A stretch of 64,000 nucleotides of DNA from assembly GCA_047602425.1 (NCBI GenBank), contig JASGHG010000001.1:608001-672000 (forward strand), written 5' to 3'. The notes beneath the pieces are model-generated. The model was not told the origin of the DNA and made no database searches. It saw only the letters and a list, made by a program, of their open reading frames with translations. The stretch is from Nibricoccus sp. GTDB lineage: Bacteria > Verrucomicrobiota > Verrucomicrobiia > Opitutales > Opitutaceae. Of this stretch, positions 16,616 through 26,391 are shown piece after piece. Both the position numbers and the translations under genes were made by a program. Position 1 is the first letter of the stretch, and every line of letters starts with the position of its first letter.

Positions 16616-17830
16616 TTAGCTGCGATCCAGCCCGAACGCCGTATGCACCGCACGAGCGGCTTCATCGGCCTTCGCTTGGGCGATGGAGACGGTGATCTTG
16701 ATTTCGGACGTGCTAATGAGGTCGATGTTCACGCCGGCTTCGGCGAGCGCTTGGAAGAGCGTGGCAGCGACACCGCTGTGCGTCTTCATGCCGACGCCGA
16801 CGACGGAAAGTTTGGCGATTTGGTCTTGGGAAGAGATGGAGCCGCCAAGTTCCTTCAACACGGGTTCGAGCGCGCGGGTGGCTTTGTTAACCTCGTTGGC
16901 GGGCACCGTGAAAGTGAGATTCGCCACGCCGTTGTGGCCGACGTTCTGCACGATCATGTCGACCACGATGTTGGCGCCGGCCAGGGCCTTGAAAACCTTG
17001 GCGGCGGAGCCGGGTTTGTCAGCGACGTTGCCAAGGACGACCTTGGATTGGTTTTTGTCGATGGCGACACCGCGCACGACGACTTTTTCCATGGAGGCGA
17101 CTTCTTCTTTCACGATGGTTCCTGGGTTGTAATTAAAGGAGGAGCGAACTTCAAAAACGACGTCGTACTTCTTGGCGAACTCGACGGAGCGGTTTTGCAT
17201 GACCTTGGAGCCGGCAGAGGCGAGTTCGAGCATTTCGTCATACGAAATCTCTTCGATCTTGCGGGCGTTTTTCACGATGCGCGGATCGGCAGTGTAAACG
17301 CCGTCGACGTCGGTGTAGATTTCACATTTGTCCGCCGCGATCGCGCTGGCGATGGCAATGGCGCTGAGATCCGAGCCGCCGCGGCCCAGCGTCGTGGTCT
17401 GGCCTTCGGCGGTGATGCCTTGGAAGCCGGCGAGAATGATGACGTTGCCAGCGTTCAGGTCGGCTTTGAGTTTCGTGGCATCGATCGAATGGATGCGGGC
17501 CTTCGTATGGGCCTTGTCGGTCAGAATACCGGCCTGCGCGCCCGTGTAGCTAATCGCCGGAACGCCGATGGCTTGGAGCGCGATGGCGGTGAGGGCAATG
17601 GTTTCCTGTTCGCCGACTGCGAGGAGCTGATCCATTTCCCGCTCGCTGGGCAGCGGGGTAATCGCTTCGGCGCGGGCAATAAGTTCGTTGGTCACGCCTG
17701 AGCGAGCCGAGACGACGACCACCATTTGGTGACCTTCGTCGCGATAGGACTTGATGCGCTCAGCGACTTTTTTGATGCGTTCGACGTCACCTACGGAGGT
17801 GCCGCCATATTTTTGGACGATGATGGCCAT
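16616..17830 (-). CDS. lysC: Aspartate kinase
   Basis: MAIIVQKYGGTSV, TTLGRGGSDLSA, YTDVDGVYTADPR and two ACT domains. Confidence 0.97.
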   Translation of the reverse strand: MAIIVQKYGGTSVGDVERIKKVAERIKSYRDEGHQMVVVVSARSGVTNELIARAEAITPLPSEREMDQLLAVGEQETIALTAIALQAIGVPAISYTGAQAGILTDKAHTKARIHSIDATKLKADLNAGNVIILAGFQGITAEGQTTTLGRGGSDLSAIAIASAIAADKCEIYTDVDGVYTADPRIVKNARKIEEISYDEMLELASAGSKVMQNRSVEFAKKYDVVFEVRSSFNYNPGTIVKEEVASMEKVVVRGVAIDKNQSKVVLGNVADKPGSAAKVFKALAGANIVVDMIVQNVGHNGVANLTFTVPANEVNKATRALEPVLKELGGSISSQDQIAKLSVVGVGMKTHSGVAATLFQALAEAGVNIDLISTSEIKITVSIAQAKADEAARAVHTAFGLDRS

Positions 17831-18069
17831 GGACGGAGTCGCACAGTGGAAAGCGATTATTGGGCGGACCGCCAGCGGAAATTTCAGATTCTGCATTGAC
17901 TGGGATAGTTATAACCATCGCAAAAGCCCACGTAGGCGGACTGTAAGGCGGCGTTTTACCTTTCTCCCAGCCCCACCCTCGGGCAGATAACCAGTTTCCC
18001 GCAGATTCGTTCAATTTCCCTGTCGACGCGCCAAAATCCCGGCCTTTCCCAACCCAACCATTTTCTTTC

Positions 18070-21036
18070 ATGAAACTCCTGCCTTTCGCCATTCAAACCA
18101 TCGCTCTACTGGCTGCCATCGCCTCCGCCACTTTTGGCGAATCGCAATTCAAACGCGCCACCTACGATTTTAATCCCGGTTGGAAGCTGCTGGTTGGCGA
18201 CCCCGCCAACGCGAGCGCGCAGGCCTTCGACGATTCCCAGTGGAAACCAGTCACGCTGCCCCGCGCGTGGAACGAGGACGATGCGTTCTGCAAAGACATT
18301 CCCGACCTCTCCACCGGCATCGCCTGGTACCGGAAAAACTTCACGCTACCGCCCGATGCGAAAGGCAAAAAAGTCTTCCTCGAATTCGAAGGTGTGCGCC
18401 AGGCCGCCGAGGTTTTCGTGAACGGCAAATCCGTTGGCTACTCTGAAAACGGCATCAACGCCTTCGGCCTCGATCTCACCGACGCTGTCGTCGCCGGCAC
18501 CAACGTCGTCGCCGTACGCACCGACAATTCCTGGGACTACCGTGAGCGCGCGACCAACCAGAAATACCAATGGTCCGACAAAAACTTTAACGCCAACTAC
18601 GGCGGCATCCCAAAAAACGTCCGCCTTCACATAACCGATCGCCTGCACCAAACGCTCCCGCTCTATGCCTCGCTTGGAACGACGGGTGTGTACGTCTACG
18701 CAACCGATTTCGACATCGCAGCCCGCGCCGCGACGATCACCGCCGAATCGCAAATCCGCAACGAGCACAAGGAACCGCGCACCTTCACCTACGAAGTTGC
18801 CGTCATCGATCTCGATGGCAAAACCGTCGCCACCTTCGCCGCGCCCGCCGCGACACTCACTCCCGGTCAAACCACCACCGCCAAAGCCTCCGTCCGCGTC
18901 AACGGCCTGAACTTCTGGAGCTGGGGCTACGGCTATCTCTACAACGTCGCCACCACACTGAAGGTTGATGGCCGCGCCGTCGACGTCGTCAACACGCGCA
19001 CCGGTTTCCGCAAAACCGAATTCGCCCACGGCCTGATCAAGCTCAACGACCGCGTGCTCCAAATGCATGGTTATGCCCAGCGCACCTCCAACGAATGGCC
19101 CGCCATCGGCATGTCCGTGCCGCCCTGGCTCAGCGACTACAGCAACCGCCTCATGGTCGAGAGCAATGGCAACCTCGTTCGCTGGATGCATATCACGCCT
19201 TGGAAACAGGACGTCGAGTCCTGCGATCGTGTCGGCCTCATTCAAGCCATGCCCGCCGGCGATTCCGAAGCCGACGTCACCGGACGCCGCTGGGAACAAC
19301 GCATCGAAGTCATGCGCGACTCGATTGTCTATAACCGAAACAATCCCAGTATCCTATTCTACGAGTCTGGCAATCGCGGCGTCAGCGAGGAGCATCAACG
19401 GCAGATGAAGGCGCTCCGCGACGAGTTCGACCCGCATGGCGGACGCGCTTCCGGCAGCCGCGAAATGCTCAACAAAAACACCATCGCCGAGTACGGTGGC
19501 GAAATGCTCTATATCAACAAGAGCGCCCGCATTCCCTTCTGGGCCATGGAATATTCCCGCGACGAAGGCCTGAGAAAATATTGGGACGAATTCACCCCGC
19601 CGTATCATAAAAATGGCGACGGCCCCCTGCACAAGGGCCAGAATGCCAGCGCCTACAACCATAACCAAGACTCCCACGCCATCGAAAATGTCGTCCGCTG
19701 GTATGACTACTGGCGCGAACGACCCGGCACCGGCAAACGCGTCAGCTCCGGCGGCGTGAACATCGTTTTCTCCGACACCAACACCCATCACCGCGGCGCC
19801 GAAAACTATCGCCGCTCCGGCGAAGTCGACGCCATGCGCATCCCTAAGGACGGCTTCTACGCCCACCAAGTCATGTGGGACGGCTGGGTCGATGTCGAAA
19901 AACCGCGCATCCATATCATCGGCCACTGGAACTACACACCAGAAACAAAAAAGCCGGTCACCGTCGTCTCCAGCGCCGATCAAGTCGAACTCTTCCTCAA
20001 CGGCAAATCGCTCGGCCTCGGCGAGCAAAGCGCACGCTTCCTCTTCACTTTCAAAGATGTCGCCTGGCAACCCGGCGAACTGCGCGCCATCGGCAGTTCC
20101 GTCGACGGCAAAAAGTTCTGCGAAGCCCGCCTCAGCACCGCCGGTGAACCCGCCGCGTTGCGTTTGACGGCCCGCACTGCACCCACCGGTCTACGCGCCG
20201 ACGGCGCCGATCTCGCCTTGCTTGAAATCGAAGTCATCGACGCCCAAGGCCAGCGCTGTCCGACCGCGCTCAACCTCGTCGACTTCAAACTCGACGGCCC
20301 CGCTGAATGGCGCGGTGGCATCGCCCAAGGCCCGAACAACTACATCCTCGCCCAAAGTCTGCCCGTCGAGTGCGGCGTCAATCGCGTTCTCATCCGCTCC
20401 ACCACCAACGCCGGCAAAATCACCGTCAGTGCCAGCTCCGCCGGCCTGAAATCCACCTCCATCGAACTGCTTTCGAAGCCCCTCGCAGTCCAAGGCGGCC
20501 TTAGCCAACAGTTCGCCAGCGACAAACTGCCCGTCAACCTCGACCGTGGTCCCACACCGGCCGGCCCCTCTTTCAAGGTTTCGCGCCTGCCCGTCGAAAT
20601 CGCCTCCGTCGTTTCCGGCAGCAACAGCGAAGCCGCCGCAAATACGTATGACGACGACGAACTCACCAACTGGGTCAGCGGCAAAGGCGAAGGAGAAGCG
20701 TGGATTTCCTACGAATTTTCCCGCCCTGCCACGATCGCGGAAGCCGTCATCAAACTCCAGGGCTGGCGCCAGCGCACCTACCCAATCCGTATCACGGTCG
20801 ATGGCCAGGAGGTTTTCAAAGGCGACACCCCCAAGAGTCTCGGCTACGTCACATTGCCCTTCAAACCCGTGACCGGCAAAACCGTTAAAATCGAACTTAC
20901 CGGTACCACCAAGGACAAGGACGAGTACAAGATCGTGGAAGTCGCCAACCAAGCCATCGCCGATACCGGCGCCAACCGCCTCCCCAACGGCGTCCTCGCC
21001 ATCGTCGAAGCAGAATTCTACGAGACTGCGAAATAG
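18070..21036 (+). CDS. Secreted GH2 glycoside hydrolase (beta-galactosidase-like) with C-terminal F5/8-like domain
   Basis: Signal peptide, WYRKNF, LEFEGV, NNPSILFYESGNRG and HIIGHWN. Confidence 0.88.
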   Translation: MKLLPFAIQTIALLAAIASATFGESQFKRATYDFNPGWKLLVGDPANASAQAFDDSQWKPVTLPRAWNEDDAFCKDIPDLSTGIAWYRKNFTLPPDAKGKKVFLEFEGVRQAAEVFVNGKSVGYSENGINAFGLDLTDAVVAGTNVVAVRTDNSWDYRERATNQKYQWSDKNFNANYGGIPKNVRLHITDRLHQTLPLYASLGTTGVYVYATDFDIAARAATITAESQIRNEHKEPRTFTYEVAVIDLDGKTVATFAAPAATLTPGQTTTAKASVRVNGLNFWSWGYGYLYNVATTLKVDGRAVDVVNTRTGFRKTEFAHGLIKLNDRVLQMHGYAQRTSNEWPAIGMSVPPWLSDYSNRLMVESNGNLVRWMHITPWKQDVESCDRVGLIQAMPAGDSEADVTGRRWEQRIEVMRDSIVYNRNNPSILFYESGNRGVSEEHQRQMKALRDEFDPHGGRASGSREMLNKNTIAEYGGEMLYINKSARIPFWAMEYSRDEGLRKYWDEFTPPYHKNGDGPLHKGQNASAYNHNQDSHAIENVVRWYDYWRERPGTGKRVSSGGVNIVFSDTNTHHRGAENYRRSGEVDAMRIPKDGFYAHQVMWDGWVDVEKPRIHIIGHWNYTPETKKPVTVVSSADQVELFLNGKSLGLGEQSARFLFTFKDVAWQPGELRAIGSSVDGKKFCEARLSTAGEPAALRLTARTAPTGLRADGADLALLEIEVIDAQGQRCPTALNLVDFKLDGPAEWRGGIAQGPNNYILAQSLPVECGVNRVLIRSTTNAGKITVSASSAGLKSTSIELLSKPLAVQGGLSQQFASDKLPVNLDRGPTPAGPSFKVSRLPVEIASVVSGSNSEAAANTYDDDELTNWVSGKGEGEAWISYEFSRPATIAEAVIKLQGWRQRTYPIRITVDGQEVFKGDTPKSLGYVTLPFKPVTGKTVKIELTGTTKDKDEYKIVEVANQAIADTGANRLPNGVLAIVEAEFYETAK

Positions 21037-21050
21037 TTTCCCGCAAAAAG

Positions 21051-21110
21051 GTAGGGCGCGACCGCCGGGCGCGCCGTGGATAACGGACGGCCAAGACTGA
21101 CCGTCCGTAT
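21051..21110. repeat. GTAG-type REP-like element plus a degenerate partner hairpin
   Basis: GTAG-GGCGCG-accgccggg-CGCGCC, then acggacgg...ccgtccgt, between convergent genes. Confidence 0.55.
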
Positions 21111-21122
21111 CTCAAATACACC

Positions 21123-22391
21123 TCAGCTTAAATCCCGGATCGATCCGAATTCCGGGTCGAACAGCCGACGGTAGGTCCGCACGATCATGCCGTCTGTGAG
21201 GCCAGCGAGCCAATCGCTGATTCGCCGCGCCTTACCGTCCAGCGTTGTTTCGCCTTCGACCAATTTGCCCACGGACGACGGCAGAATGTGGATCACGCGC
21301 TCGCTCTTCGTCACATAGTTGGCCCAAGCCGCCTCCCACAGGCGAAACATCACACGCCGCGCCTTATGTTCGATTTGCTGCAGTTGGGGACTCTCAAAAA
21401 TCACATCGTTCGCCATTTTCTTATAGAATTCCGACTCGCTGAGTGCCGCTTCATCCACGACCAGTTCGTAGCGGTAACGATTGGTTTTGTCGGACATGAA
21501 GTTTTTTCTCTCACGCAAGCGGCACGCCCGGATGAAAGCTCCGATTTTCTGGGAAAACACGTACTCGATCCGATCGCTGCGAATCGCTCCAAAGAGATCG
21601 TCGAGGTGCCGCTGTTTCGCCGCGTCGACCGGCTGTTCCGCCGCCCAAGCCTCGACCTGCTCGATTGTCAGAAACCCGGCCTTTACGCCATCGACGATAT
21701 CGTTGAGCGAATAGGCCGCATCGTCCGCCCAGTCCATGATCTGGCACTCGACGGATTTAAACCCATTCAGATTTTCACCCGCGTGCAGGTCGGCCGGGAT
21801 CACTGTTCCGTCGAAGACGAAATCGCGATATTGCACTTGTGGGTCGTAAAGGAAATGCCGAACCGGATGCTTGGGGAACTCCCGATATAGCTTCTTGTAC
21901 TTCAAAACACCATCGAGCAATGCCCGCGTCGGCTGCATGCCGCGTACCGAGGTTTCGTTTTGGTACATTGTCTCGGTTAGCAGGTGCAGCGTCTGGGCGT
22001 TTCCCTCGAAACCACCATATTCCCTCATCAATTCCTGCAGTGTCCGCTCGCCCGAATGTCCAAACGGCGGATGTCCGAGATCGTGAGCCAAACACACCGC
22101 TTCAACCAATTCGCCATCGACATAAAAATCCTCCGCGAGCGGCGCGCCACGCTTTTGAAGATAGTTACAAATCGAACGCCCGACCTGCGCGACTTCCATC
22201 GAGTGGGTCAGTCGCGTGCGGTAAAAATCATACTCGCCCGACAAAAACACCTGCGTCTTCGACTGCAGCTTGCGGAATGCGTGCGAATGAATCACGCGGT
22301 CGCGGTCGATCTGAAACGCGTTGCGATAGTCGGTCTTGTGCGGGCCGCCGAGGGTTTGCGAATCGAAGTCCGTGTAAAAACGGTTGGGCAT
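21123..22391 (-). CDS. dgt: Deoxyguanosinetriphosphate triphosphohydrolase (HD family)
   Basis: DRDRVIHSHAFRKLQSKTQVF, RTRLTHS, AHDLGHPPFGHSGE, FEGNAQ and DWADDAAY. Confidence 0.95.
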   Translation of the reverse strand: MPNRFYTDFDSQTLGGPHKTDYRNAFQIDRDRVIHSHAFRKLQSKTQVFLSGEYDFYRTRLTHSMEVAQVGRSICNYLQKRGAPLAEDFYVDGELVEAVCLAHDLGHPPFGHSGERTLQELMREYGGFEGNAQTLHLLTETMYQNETSVRGMQPTRALLDGVLKYKKLYREFPKHPVRHFLYDPQVQYRDFVFDGTVIPADLHAGENLNGFKSVECQIMDWADDAAYSLNDIVDGVKAGFLTIEQVEAWAAEQPVDAAKQRHLDDLFGAIRSDRIEYVFSQKIGAFIRACRLRERKNFMSDKTNRYRYELVVDEAALSESEFYKKMANDVIFESPQLQQIEHKARRVMFRLWEAAWANYVTKSERVIHILPSSVGKLVEGETTLDGKARRISDWLAGLTDGMIVRTYRRLFDPEFGSIRDLS

Positions 22392-22511
22392 GCCGTGAAG
22401 TTGCCTCAGCAATGCCAATGGTACGAGTCGAAATCGCCACAACTCACGACAAACATCCTAAAACTCGTCGATGAATTTGAACCTGACCGCGAGTTCGCTT
22501 TATTTCCCACC

Positions 22512-23009
22512 ATGTTTGCAGCGTCCTTCCCTACCTCGTTCGGCCGTTGCGCTCTTTCATGGAATGACAAGGGCCTCACGCGCTTCTTCCTGCCGGGCGA
22601 TTCAGCCGACACCAACACGGAAACCACTCCACCGCCGTGGGTCGCCGCAATCATCGGCCGCGTTCAGCGTCACTTCGATGGCGACTTCCAGGATTTTTCT
22701 GAAGTGCGTCTCGACCTCTCTCAATTGACCCCGTTTCAAAAACGCGTCTACACGGCCGCGTTGAAAATCAGAGCCGGTGAAACCCGCACCTATGGCTGGC
22801 TCGCAAGCGAAATCGGCAGTCCAGGCTCCAGCCGCGCCGTGGGCGCCGCGCTTGGGCGTAATCCTTGGTTGTTGCTTGTGCCGTGTCACCGTTTTGTAGG
22901 AGCCGACGGGAAACTCACGGGATTCTCCGCGCCCGGCGGGCTCGCCACCAAGCGCCGCATGCTCAATCACGAGGCCGCCGCCACCCTCGTGCTCTGCGCT
23001 CCATTGTAA
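22512..23009 (+). CDS. ogt: Methylated-DNA--protein-cysteine S-methyltransferase
   Basis: TPFQKRVY, RAVGAALGRNP and the PCHR active site. Confidence 0.93.
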   Translation: MFAASFPTSFGRCALSWNDKGLTRFFLPGDSADTNTETTPPPWVAAIIGRVQRHFDGDFQDFSEVRLDLSQLTPFQKRVYTAALKIRAGETRTYGWLASEIGSPGSSRAVGAALGRNPWLLLVPCHRFVGADGKLTGFSAPGGLATKRRMLNHEAAATLVLCAPL

Positions 23010-23055
23010 TTTTTCGCAGCTGCATTTCTCGCAACAGGCTGCTTTGGTTGCGGGT

Positions 23056-23466
23056 ATGAAGCCCCTCACACCGGTCCAGCAACGCAAACTCGAAAAGGCC
23101 GCGCGCGCTGCGGCGAAAGCCTCTTACTCGCCGTATTCAAAATTTCGCGTCGGCGCCGCCGTGCTTACCGAGTCGGGGAAAATTTTTGCCGGTACCAACG
23201 TCGAAAATGCTTCGTACGGTCTTTGCAACTGCGCAGAGCGCACGGCCATCTTCTCCGCCGTCGCCACGGGCGATCGGAAAATTCGCTGCGTCGTCGTCTA
23301 CACGCCAACCCAAACAGCCATCACACCCTGCGGCGCTTGCCGACAGGTCATCAACGAATTCGGCCCCGAAGCTCGAGTCATCTCGGTTTGCGATTCCGCC
23401 GACCGCATCGACACCGTGCTCTCCGCCCTGCTCCCCGGCGCTTTCGGACCGGATAATCTCGCATAG
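23056..23466 (+). CDS. cdd: Cytidine deaminase (homotetrameric type)
   Basis: YSPYSKFRVGAA, NVENASYGL, CAER and PCGACRQ. Confidence 0.95.
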   Translation: MKPLTPVQQRKLEKAARAAAKASYSPYSKFRVGAAVLTESGKIFAGTNVENASYGLCNCAERTAIFSAVATGDRKIRCVVVYTPTQTAITPCGACRQVINEFGPEARVISVCDSADRIDTVLSALLPGAFGPDNLA

Positions 23467-23571
23467 ATTAAAATCGGGGTCGTTCCCACAAATCGCCAGC
23501 GCCCCCGCTCCCAGCAAGGCGAAGGATTCCGGCATCTCTTCGCAAAATTACCCCTGCGTCCCCCGGATTGT

Positions 23572-23592
23572 TTGTCATCCAATAGATGACAA
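23572..23592. repeat. Palindrome of the GTCATC-N5-GATGAC family
   Basis: ttgtcatc caata gatgacaa. Confidence 0.8.
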
Positions 23593-23650
23593 TGGACCGA
23601 ACGTTCGCCAATTTCCCTCGTATGCAACCAATCGTTTCCCCATATCTCAC

Positions 23651-23667
23651 GTCATCTAATGGATGAC
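23651..23667. repeat. Palindrome of the GTCATC-N5-GATGAC family
   Basis: gtcatc taatg gatgac. Confidence 0.7.
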
Positions 23668-23765
23668 ATAACTATTAATGAGATCTAATTTTGAATATGG
23701 GTGGCCCATCCGCTCGATGGTTGCGGGTTTGACCAAAACACCAGATCAGCCTCAAAGTCTGCATC

Positions 23766-24296
23766 ATGTCCAAGGCCCTCTTCATCGACCGTGACGATAC
23801 ATTGATTGTCGACAAAGTTTATCTTTCAGATCCAGCCGGGGTGGAACTTTTGCCCGGCGTGCCCGAAGCGTTAAAGCGTGCGCGCGATCTCGGATATCAG
23901 CTTTTTCTCTTCACCAACCAGTCCGGTATCGGCCGCGGCTACTACGCCATCGAAGATGCCCACCGCGTAAACGCGCGCATGGAGGAACTCATCGGCTTGC
24001 CGCGTCCCCTCTTCGTCGAAATTGGCATCGCACCCGAGGCGCCCGACCAGCCGTCGCTTTATCGCAAGCCGTCCCCGCGCTTCATTACCGAGATGATCGC
24101 CAAGTACAAACTCGACCCCGCGCAGTGCATCATGGTCGGTGATCGCGAGTCCGATATTGAAGCCGGCCTTAACGCCAAAATTCGCTGCGCCGCGCTCTGC
24201 ACCGCTAAAGTCACCGCGGAAAAATGGCGCGCGTTAGCCTACCCCGGTGTCCCGGTATATCCCACCTTCGCCGACTTCGCGAAAACTTTGGGATAG
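23766..24296 (+). CDS. HAD-IIIA phosphatase (GmhB / histidinol-phosphatase-like)
   Basis: FIDRDDTL, TNQSGIGRG, RKPSP and MVGDRESDIEAG. Confidence 0.88.
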   Translation: MSKALFIDRDDTLIVDKVYLSDPAGVELLPGVPEALKRARDLGYQLFLFTNQSGIGRGYYAIEDAHRVNARMEELIGLPRPLFVEIGIAPEAPDQPSLYRKPSPRFITEMIAKYKLDPAQCIMVGDRESDIEAGLNAKIRCAALCTAKVTAEKWRALAYPGVPVYPTFADFAKTLG

Positions 24297-24311
24297 TGAG
24301 AAAACCTTTTT

Positions 24312-24438
24312 GCCACAGAGAACACAGAGCGCCGACACGGAGGGCACAGAGTTCTGAACAAAAACACAGAAATTCCAAAAAGCGTCTCCTGTCTTTCTCT
24401 GTGATCTCTCTGTGTCCGAGCTCTGTGTATTCTGTGGC
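24312..24438. repeat. CACAGAG...CTCTGTG inverted short-unit repeat element
   Basis: Left arm gccacagagaacacagagc...; right arm ...ctctgtgtccgagctctgtgtattctgtggc. Confidence 0.85.
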
Positions 24439-24462
24439 CCAATTTCTTAATTTTCCTTCCCC

Positions 24463-25277
24463 ATGCCCGAACTCGCCGAAGTCGAATATTACCGCAAGCG
24501 TTGGGATCTCGGATTGAATCAGAAAATCACCGAGGTGGAACTGCATCCCAAAGCCAAAATTTTTCGCGGTTGCGATGTCGCTTCTCTCGAAAAGCAGCTC
24601 ACCGGTGCCACATTGGTCTCCTCCGAAGCCGCCGCTAAGCAAATGCTCTTTCGCTTCAGTGGCGATGCCTGGCTCGGTCTGCACCTCGGTATGACTGGTG
24701 AACTCACCGCCCAATCCGCCGATTTTACGCCACGCAAACACGATCATCTCGTACTCCGGCAGCGCGAGCGGTCCCTCGTATTTAGCGATCATCGTATGTT
24801 CGGTCGCGTGCAGTTCTCTGTCGGACCATCCGCACCGACTTGGTGGACTTCGATCGCGCCTGCGATTTTGTCCGGCGCCTTCACCGTCGATGCCGTGGCG
24901 GTATTTCTTCGCCGCCGTGCCCGCGCGCCGATCAAAGCCGCGCTGCTCATGCAGGAACGTTTCCCCGGCATTGGCAACTGGATGGCCGACGAAATCCTCT
25001 GGCGCTCGGCCATTCACCCGAAACAACCCGCAGGTACACTCACGTCTGCTCAAATCAAAACGCTCCACCGGGAGTGTCGCTGGGTTTGCCGAGAGGCCCT
25101 AAAAATCATCGGCGACGCACCCGACACGTTGCCCGACCCGCCCAAATCCTGGCTTTTTCCCCACCGATGGGAAAATGGCGGACTTTGTCCCAAAACCGGC
25201 GCGGAACTCCTCCGCGAAGAAATCGGCGACGGCGCACGACCTGCTGGTCGCCAGCCCGGCAGAAGCTCCTGCACTAA
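24463..25277 (+). CDS. Fpg/Nei-family DNA glycosylase (MutM-like), frameshift near 25228
   Basis: MPELAEVE, HLGMTG, D.RMFG and GIGNWMADEILW. The expected C-terminus RTTCWSPARQK lies in another frame ending at 25277. Confidence 0.88.
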
Positions 25278-25312
25278 AATATTTCTGCAAACCAGATCTC
25301 TGTAGGATACGG

Positions 25313-26302
25313 CTATTTCTTCTTCGCATCCTGCCCGCTGGTTAAATCCTTCACCACGGCTTCCAATCCCTGTATGGCGGCGGAGAGCTTGGTATAGTCA
25401 AGTGTGTCCGGCGTGTCGGTCGGCTTGTGATAATTTTTATTCCGAAATGGTGCAGTGTCGGTGATCATCACCGCGGGCCATCCTTCCTGCCAGAATGACC
25501 AGTGATCCGACCAGCCAACGCCCTGCAAGCCGCCAGGTAACGAAGCGCTCTCCACCGCCAAAACCTTCGTTTCTTCGAAAACTTTCTTCACTCGTTTCAC
25601 GAGAGCGCTCGACTCGCGATTACCCACTATGGCCAGGAAATTTCCAGTCGACGGATAGAACAGGCTCAACGGAAAGGGATAGTGCTGCGTTTTCTTCGCG
25701 TCGGTGAAATAGCCCATTGTTTCCAGCGCCAGCATCGCCACGACTTTATCGCCGCGCTCCTTGCAATGCCGGGCATACACGCGGCTGCCCATCGCGTCGG
25801 TTTGAAAATAAATCGGCTCCTCATTCGTGAATGCGACAAAGCGCAAAGTTCGTTCCGGCGACGCCGAGGCGAACCTTTCTGCCAGAGCCAACATAGCTGC
25901 GACGCCGCTCGCGTTATCGTCCGCACCCGGCGTGAACGAGACGGTGTCGTAGTGGGCTCCAACGACTACGATTTCTTCAGGAAATTTCGTGCCGCGTTTT
26001 TCCACTTCGAGATTTTCGCAACGTTTCAGCCCGACGTGGTATTCCAACCGCTTCACCGTCCACCCAGCGCTTTCAAAACGTTGCGCCACAAAATCCGCCG
26101 CCTTTTGCAAAACCTCAGGCCTATACAACGATCGCGGCCCGATCGTCTCCGCCAACATCGTGACATCTGAGCGGAGCCCCATTTCCAGTTGGGTTGGCTC
26201 AACTTTCCGAACCGGTTCTGCGCCGAACAATATGGTCCAACTGCCTGCCAGGAAAAAAAGGATTCCGGCTTTTGAAAAACGGCCTGATCCAATGATCTTC
26301 AT
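25313..26302 (-). CDS. M28-family metallopeptidase, exported
   Basis: VVGAHYDT, GADDNASG, NEE, SDHWSF and YHKPTDT. Confidence 0.9.
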   Translation of the reverse strand: MKIIGSGRFSKAGILFFLAGSWTILFGAEPVRKVEPTQLEMGLRSDVTMLAETIGPRSLYRPEVLQKAADFVAQRFESAGWTVKRLEYHVGLKRCENLEVEKRGTKFPEEIVVVGAHYDTVSFTPGADDNASGVAAMLALAERFASASPERTLRFVAFTNEEPIYFQTDAMGSRVYARHCKERGDKVVAMLALETMGYFTDAKKTQHYPFPLSLFYPSTGNFLAIVGNRESSALVKRVKKVFEETKVLAVESASLPGGLQGVGWSDHWSFWQEGWPAVMITDTAPFRNKNYHKPTDTPDTLDYTKLSAAIQGLEAVVKDLTSGQDAKKK

Positions 26303-26339
26303 GGGTTCCTATTGAACGGTTAGGATTCAACTTCGCCAA

Positions 26340-26370
26340 CAAAAAAGCCCGCGGCGTGCCGCGGGCTTTT
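26340..26370. terminator. Terminator downstream of secA
   Basis: aaaaaagcccgcggc-gt-gccgcgggctttt. Confidence 0.85.
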
Positions 26371-26391
26371 GAAAGTTATATCGTAATCGGC

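Noticed and set aside
17831..18069. Lysine riboswitch or leader peptide upstream of lysC
   Set aside because: No L-box consensus, terminator or Thr/Lys-rich leader ORF seen.
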